Source: Bacteroidota bacterium
Lineage (GTDB): Bacteria; Bacteroidota; Bacteroidia; NS11-12g; UBA955
Length of the DNA: 64,000 nt
NCBI GenBank assembly: GCA_030833525.1
Contig: JAURGZ010000003.1
Coordinates: 4,324-68,323 of the forward strand
Direction: 5' to 3'
Shown here: positions 61,978 through 64,000 of the stretch, one piece after another
How the letters are laid out: each line of letters opens with the position of its first letter
Position numbering within the stretch: the first letter of the stretch is position 1
Notes under the pieces: model-generated
Seen by the model: the letters and a program-made list of their open reading frames with translations, nothing else
What the model was told of the DNA's origin: nothing
The model's database searches: none
Made by a program: the position numbers and the translations under genes

Positions 61978-63348
61978 ATGTCCACATTGTCATATATCGA
62001 GTCCAACCGAGAGCGATTCTTGGAAGAATTATTTGCTTTGTTACGCATTCCCAGCATTAGCGCTGACAGTGCCTATGCGCAAGATGTTCGCGCCTGTGCC
62101 GAACGTCTCGCCCAATTCCTGAAAGATGCAGGTGCTGAAAATGTCGTTCTGGAAGAAACAGCTGGCTACCCCATCGTTTACGGAGATAAAATCATAGACC
62201 CCGCATTGCCCACCGTATTGGTATACGGCCATTACGACGTTCAACCTTCGGTTCCCAACGAATTGTGGAATACCCCTCCTTTCGAGCCCACCATCATCGA
62301 CGGCAAAATCTACGCCCGCGGTGCTTGTGACGACAAAGGTCAAATGTTCATGCACGTCAAGGCCTTTGAAACCATGATGCAAACCCAAAGCTTGGCCTGC
62401 AACATCAAATTCATGATCGAAGGCGAAGAAGAGGTAGGTTCCAGCAACTTGGGCATCTATTGCAAGAGCAACAAGGAAAAACTCAAGGCCGATGTCATTT
62501 TGATCTCTGATACGGGAATGATTGCCAACGACGTGCCTTCGATCGACGTTGGATTAAGAGGCTTGAGTTACGTGGAAGTGGAAGTGACTGGGCCCCGCAT
62601 TGACTTGCATTCAGGCGTATACGGTGGAGCCGTTGCCAACCCCATCAATGTGCTTTGCGACATGATTTCCAGCATGCACGATGAGAACCGCCACATCACC
62701 ATTCCCGGTTTCTATGACAAGGTTTTGGAAACCTCTGCGGCTGACCGCGAGGCCTTGGCTCGCATTCCCTTCAATGAAAACGAATACCGAGCTCACTTGG
62801 ATATCGATGCGGTCATGGGTGAAAAAGGCTTTAGCACCATTGAGCGCACGGGCATTCGCCCCACCTTGGATGTCAACGGCATTTGGGGCGGATACATCGG
62901 CGAAGGCGCCAAGACCGTTCTGCCTTCGAAGGCATACGCCAAAATCTCCATGCGATTGGTTCCCAACCAAGTTTCAGACGAGATCACCGAATTGTTCCAA
63001 AAGCACTTCGAATCCATCGCACCGGCAGGAGTGCGCGTAAAAGTCACCCCTCACCACGGTGGCGAACCCGCCCTCACTCCTACTGATTCAGTGGCTTTCC
63101 GCGCTGCAGCTGCCGCCATGAAAGACACCTTTGGCAAGGAGCCCATCCCCACTCGCGGTGGTGGATCCATTCCCATTGTAGCCTTGTTCGAAAAAGAATT
63201 GGAAACCAAAACCGTGTTGATGGGCTTTGGCTTGGACAGCGATGCCATTCACAGCCCTAACGAGCATTACGGAGTTTTCAATTACTTCAAAGGAATTGAG
63301 ACCATTCCTCAGTTCTTCAAGCATTTTGCCGCTTTAAATAACGCTTAA
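61978..63348 (+). CDS. M20 family dipeptidase/metallopeptidase
   Basis: LLRIPSISA, VLVYGHYDVQP, GRGACDDKGQ, MIEGEEEVGS and the C-terminal SPNEH. Confidence 0.85.
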   Translation: MSTLSYIESNRERFLEELFALLRIPSISADSAYAQDVRACAERLAQFLKDAGAENVVLEETAGYPIVYGDKIIDPALPTVLVYGHYDVQPSVPNELWNTPPFEPTIIDGKIYARGACDDKGQMFMHVKAFETMMQTQSLACNIKFMIEGEEEVGSSNLGIYCKSNKEKLKADVILISDTGMIANDVPSIDVGLRGLSYVEVEVTGPRIDLHSGVYGGAVANPINVLCDMISSMHDENRHITIPGFYDKVLETSAADREALARIPFNENEYRAHLDIDAVMGEKGFSTIERTGIRPTLDVNGIWGGYIGEGAKTVLPSKAYAKISMRLVPNQVSDEITELFQKHFESIAPAGVRVKVTPHHGGEPALTPTDSVAFRAAAAAMKDTFGKEPIPTRGGGSIPIVALFEKELETKTVLMGFGLDSDAIHSPNEHYGVFNYFKGIETIPQFFKHFAALNNA

Positions 63349-63357
63349 TCACGCATC

Positions 63358-64000
63358 ATGGCTCTCCTGGAAGGAGAAATGTACGAAGCCTACAGGGCTG
63401 AATTGCTCAAGCAATACCGGCACTTGTTGCGCACTTTGGGCAAGGATTTGCCCAAAGAAAAGGTCAAGTTGATTCACTCAGCCTTTGATCTGGCAGCGCG
63501 CGCCCATGAAGGGACGGTGCGCAAGAGCGGCGAGCCCTATATATTTCACCCCTTGGCTGTGGCCCAAATCGCCGCCGGGGAGCTGGGATTGGGCGCCACT
63601 TCGGTGGTAGCAGCTCTGCTGCACGATACGGTTGAAGACACTGACATCACCCTCGAAGACATCGAGTACCGTTTTGGACCAAAAATCGCTTCCATCATCA
63701 ACGGGCTGACGAAAATCTCAACGGTCTTTGATTCGGTAGATCGAGATACCAGCAGCCAGGCCGAAAACTTCAAAAAGGTGCTGCTCACCTTGGGAGAAGA
63801 TTTGCGCGTGATTCTGATCAAGTTGTGCGATCGCTTGCACAACATGAGAACCTTGGGGTCTGTTCCTGACAGCACCAAACTCAAGATTGCGTCAGAAACC
63901 ATGTACATCTATGCTCCCTTGGCTGATCGATTGGGTCTGAATGCAGTAAAACTCGAGCTAGAAGATTTGGCTCTCAAATTCACCGACCCCGACACCTACC
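63358..64000 (+). CDS. RelA/SpoT-family (p)ppGpp synthetase/hydrolase, N-terminal part (runs off the right edge)
   Basis: An open frame from ATG 63358 to the window end, absent from the ORF track because it has no stop. HD domain: RKSGEPYIFHPLAVA, LLHDTVEDT and KLCDRLHNMRTL. Confidence 0.9.
   Translation, partial: MALLEGEMYEAYRAELLKQYRHLLRTLGKDLPKEKVKLIHSAFDLAARAHEGTVRKSGEPYIFHPLAVAQIAAGELGLGATSVVAALLHDTVEDTDITLEDIEYRFGPKIASIINGLTKISTVFDSVDRDTSSQAENFKKVLLTLGEDLRVILIKLCDRLHNMRTLGSVPDSTKLKIASETMYIYAPLADRLGLNAVKLELEDLALKFTDPDTY

Overview
This window reads as a densely packed core-chromosome segment of a Bacteroidota bacterium with a gliding/type IX secretion lifestyle. The evidence is a GldB-like lipoprotein, one type A and one type B T9SS C-terminal sorting domain, a DUF5683 gene after parAB, and TAnnTTTG promoter boxes. 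I support about 63 protein-coding genes: alaS, pckA, dnaG, recG, nadE, rsmG, msrA, tatC, rpiB, fabG, miaE, pdxA, pepA, parA/parB, scoB, the 5' part of a RelA/SpoT gene, and others. I also support 3 tRNAs (Arg-TCT, Pro-TGG, CAT anticodon) and several intrinsic terminators.

I see no rRNA, CRISPR array, transposase, integrase, phage genes or recognisable defence system. I cannot point to a clear-cut novel multi-gene system. All protein calls come from motif recognition by eye in the supplied translations; no database search was run.

The observations most worth a second look are:
- The Bacteroidota -7 promoter box ends only 4-9 nt before the start codon of many operon-first genes. This implies widespread leaderless mRNAs and resolves many start codons.
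- A roughly 900-aa head-to-tail fusion of two D-Ala-D-Ala-ligase-like modules sits at the ddl/PASTA locus.
- A tightly coupled trio encodes a T9SS cargo protein, a rhodanese, and a lipoprotein with seven CxxCH haem motifs plus TPR repeats.
- A small secreted protein is built from six Y-x-S-Q-A-D-L-K-V-F-V-V-like repeats.
- A perfect 26-bp palindrome contains the abutting stop codons of the convergent rsmG and alaS genes.
- A translationally coupled PAP2 phosphatase and ArnT-like glycosyltransferase pair is present.
- Palindromic candidate operators lie inside the padR and ZIP-transporter promoters.
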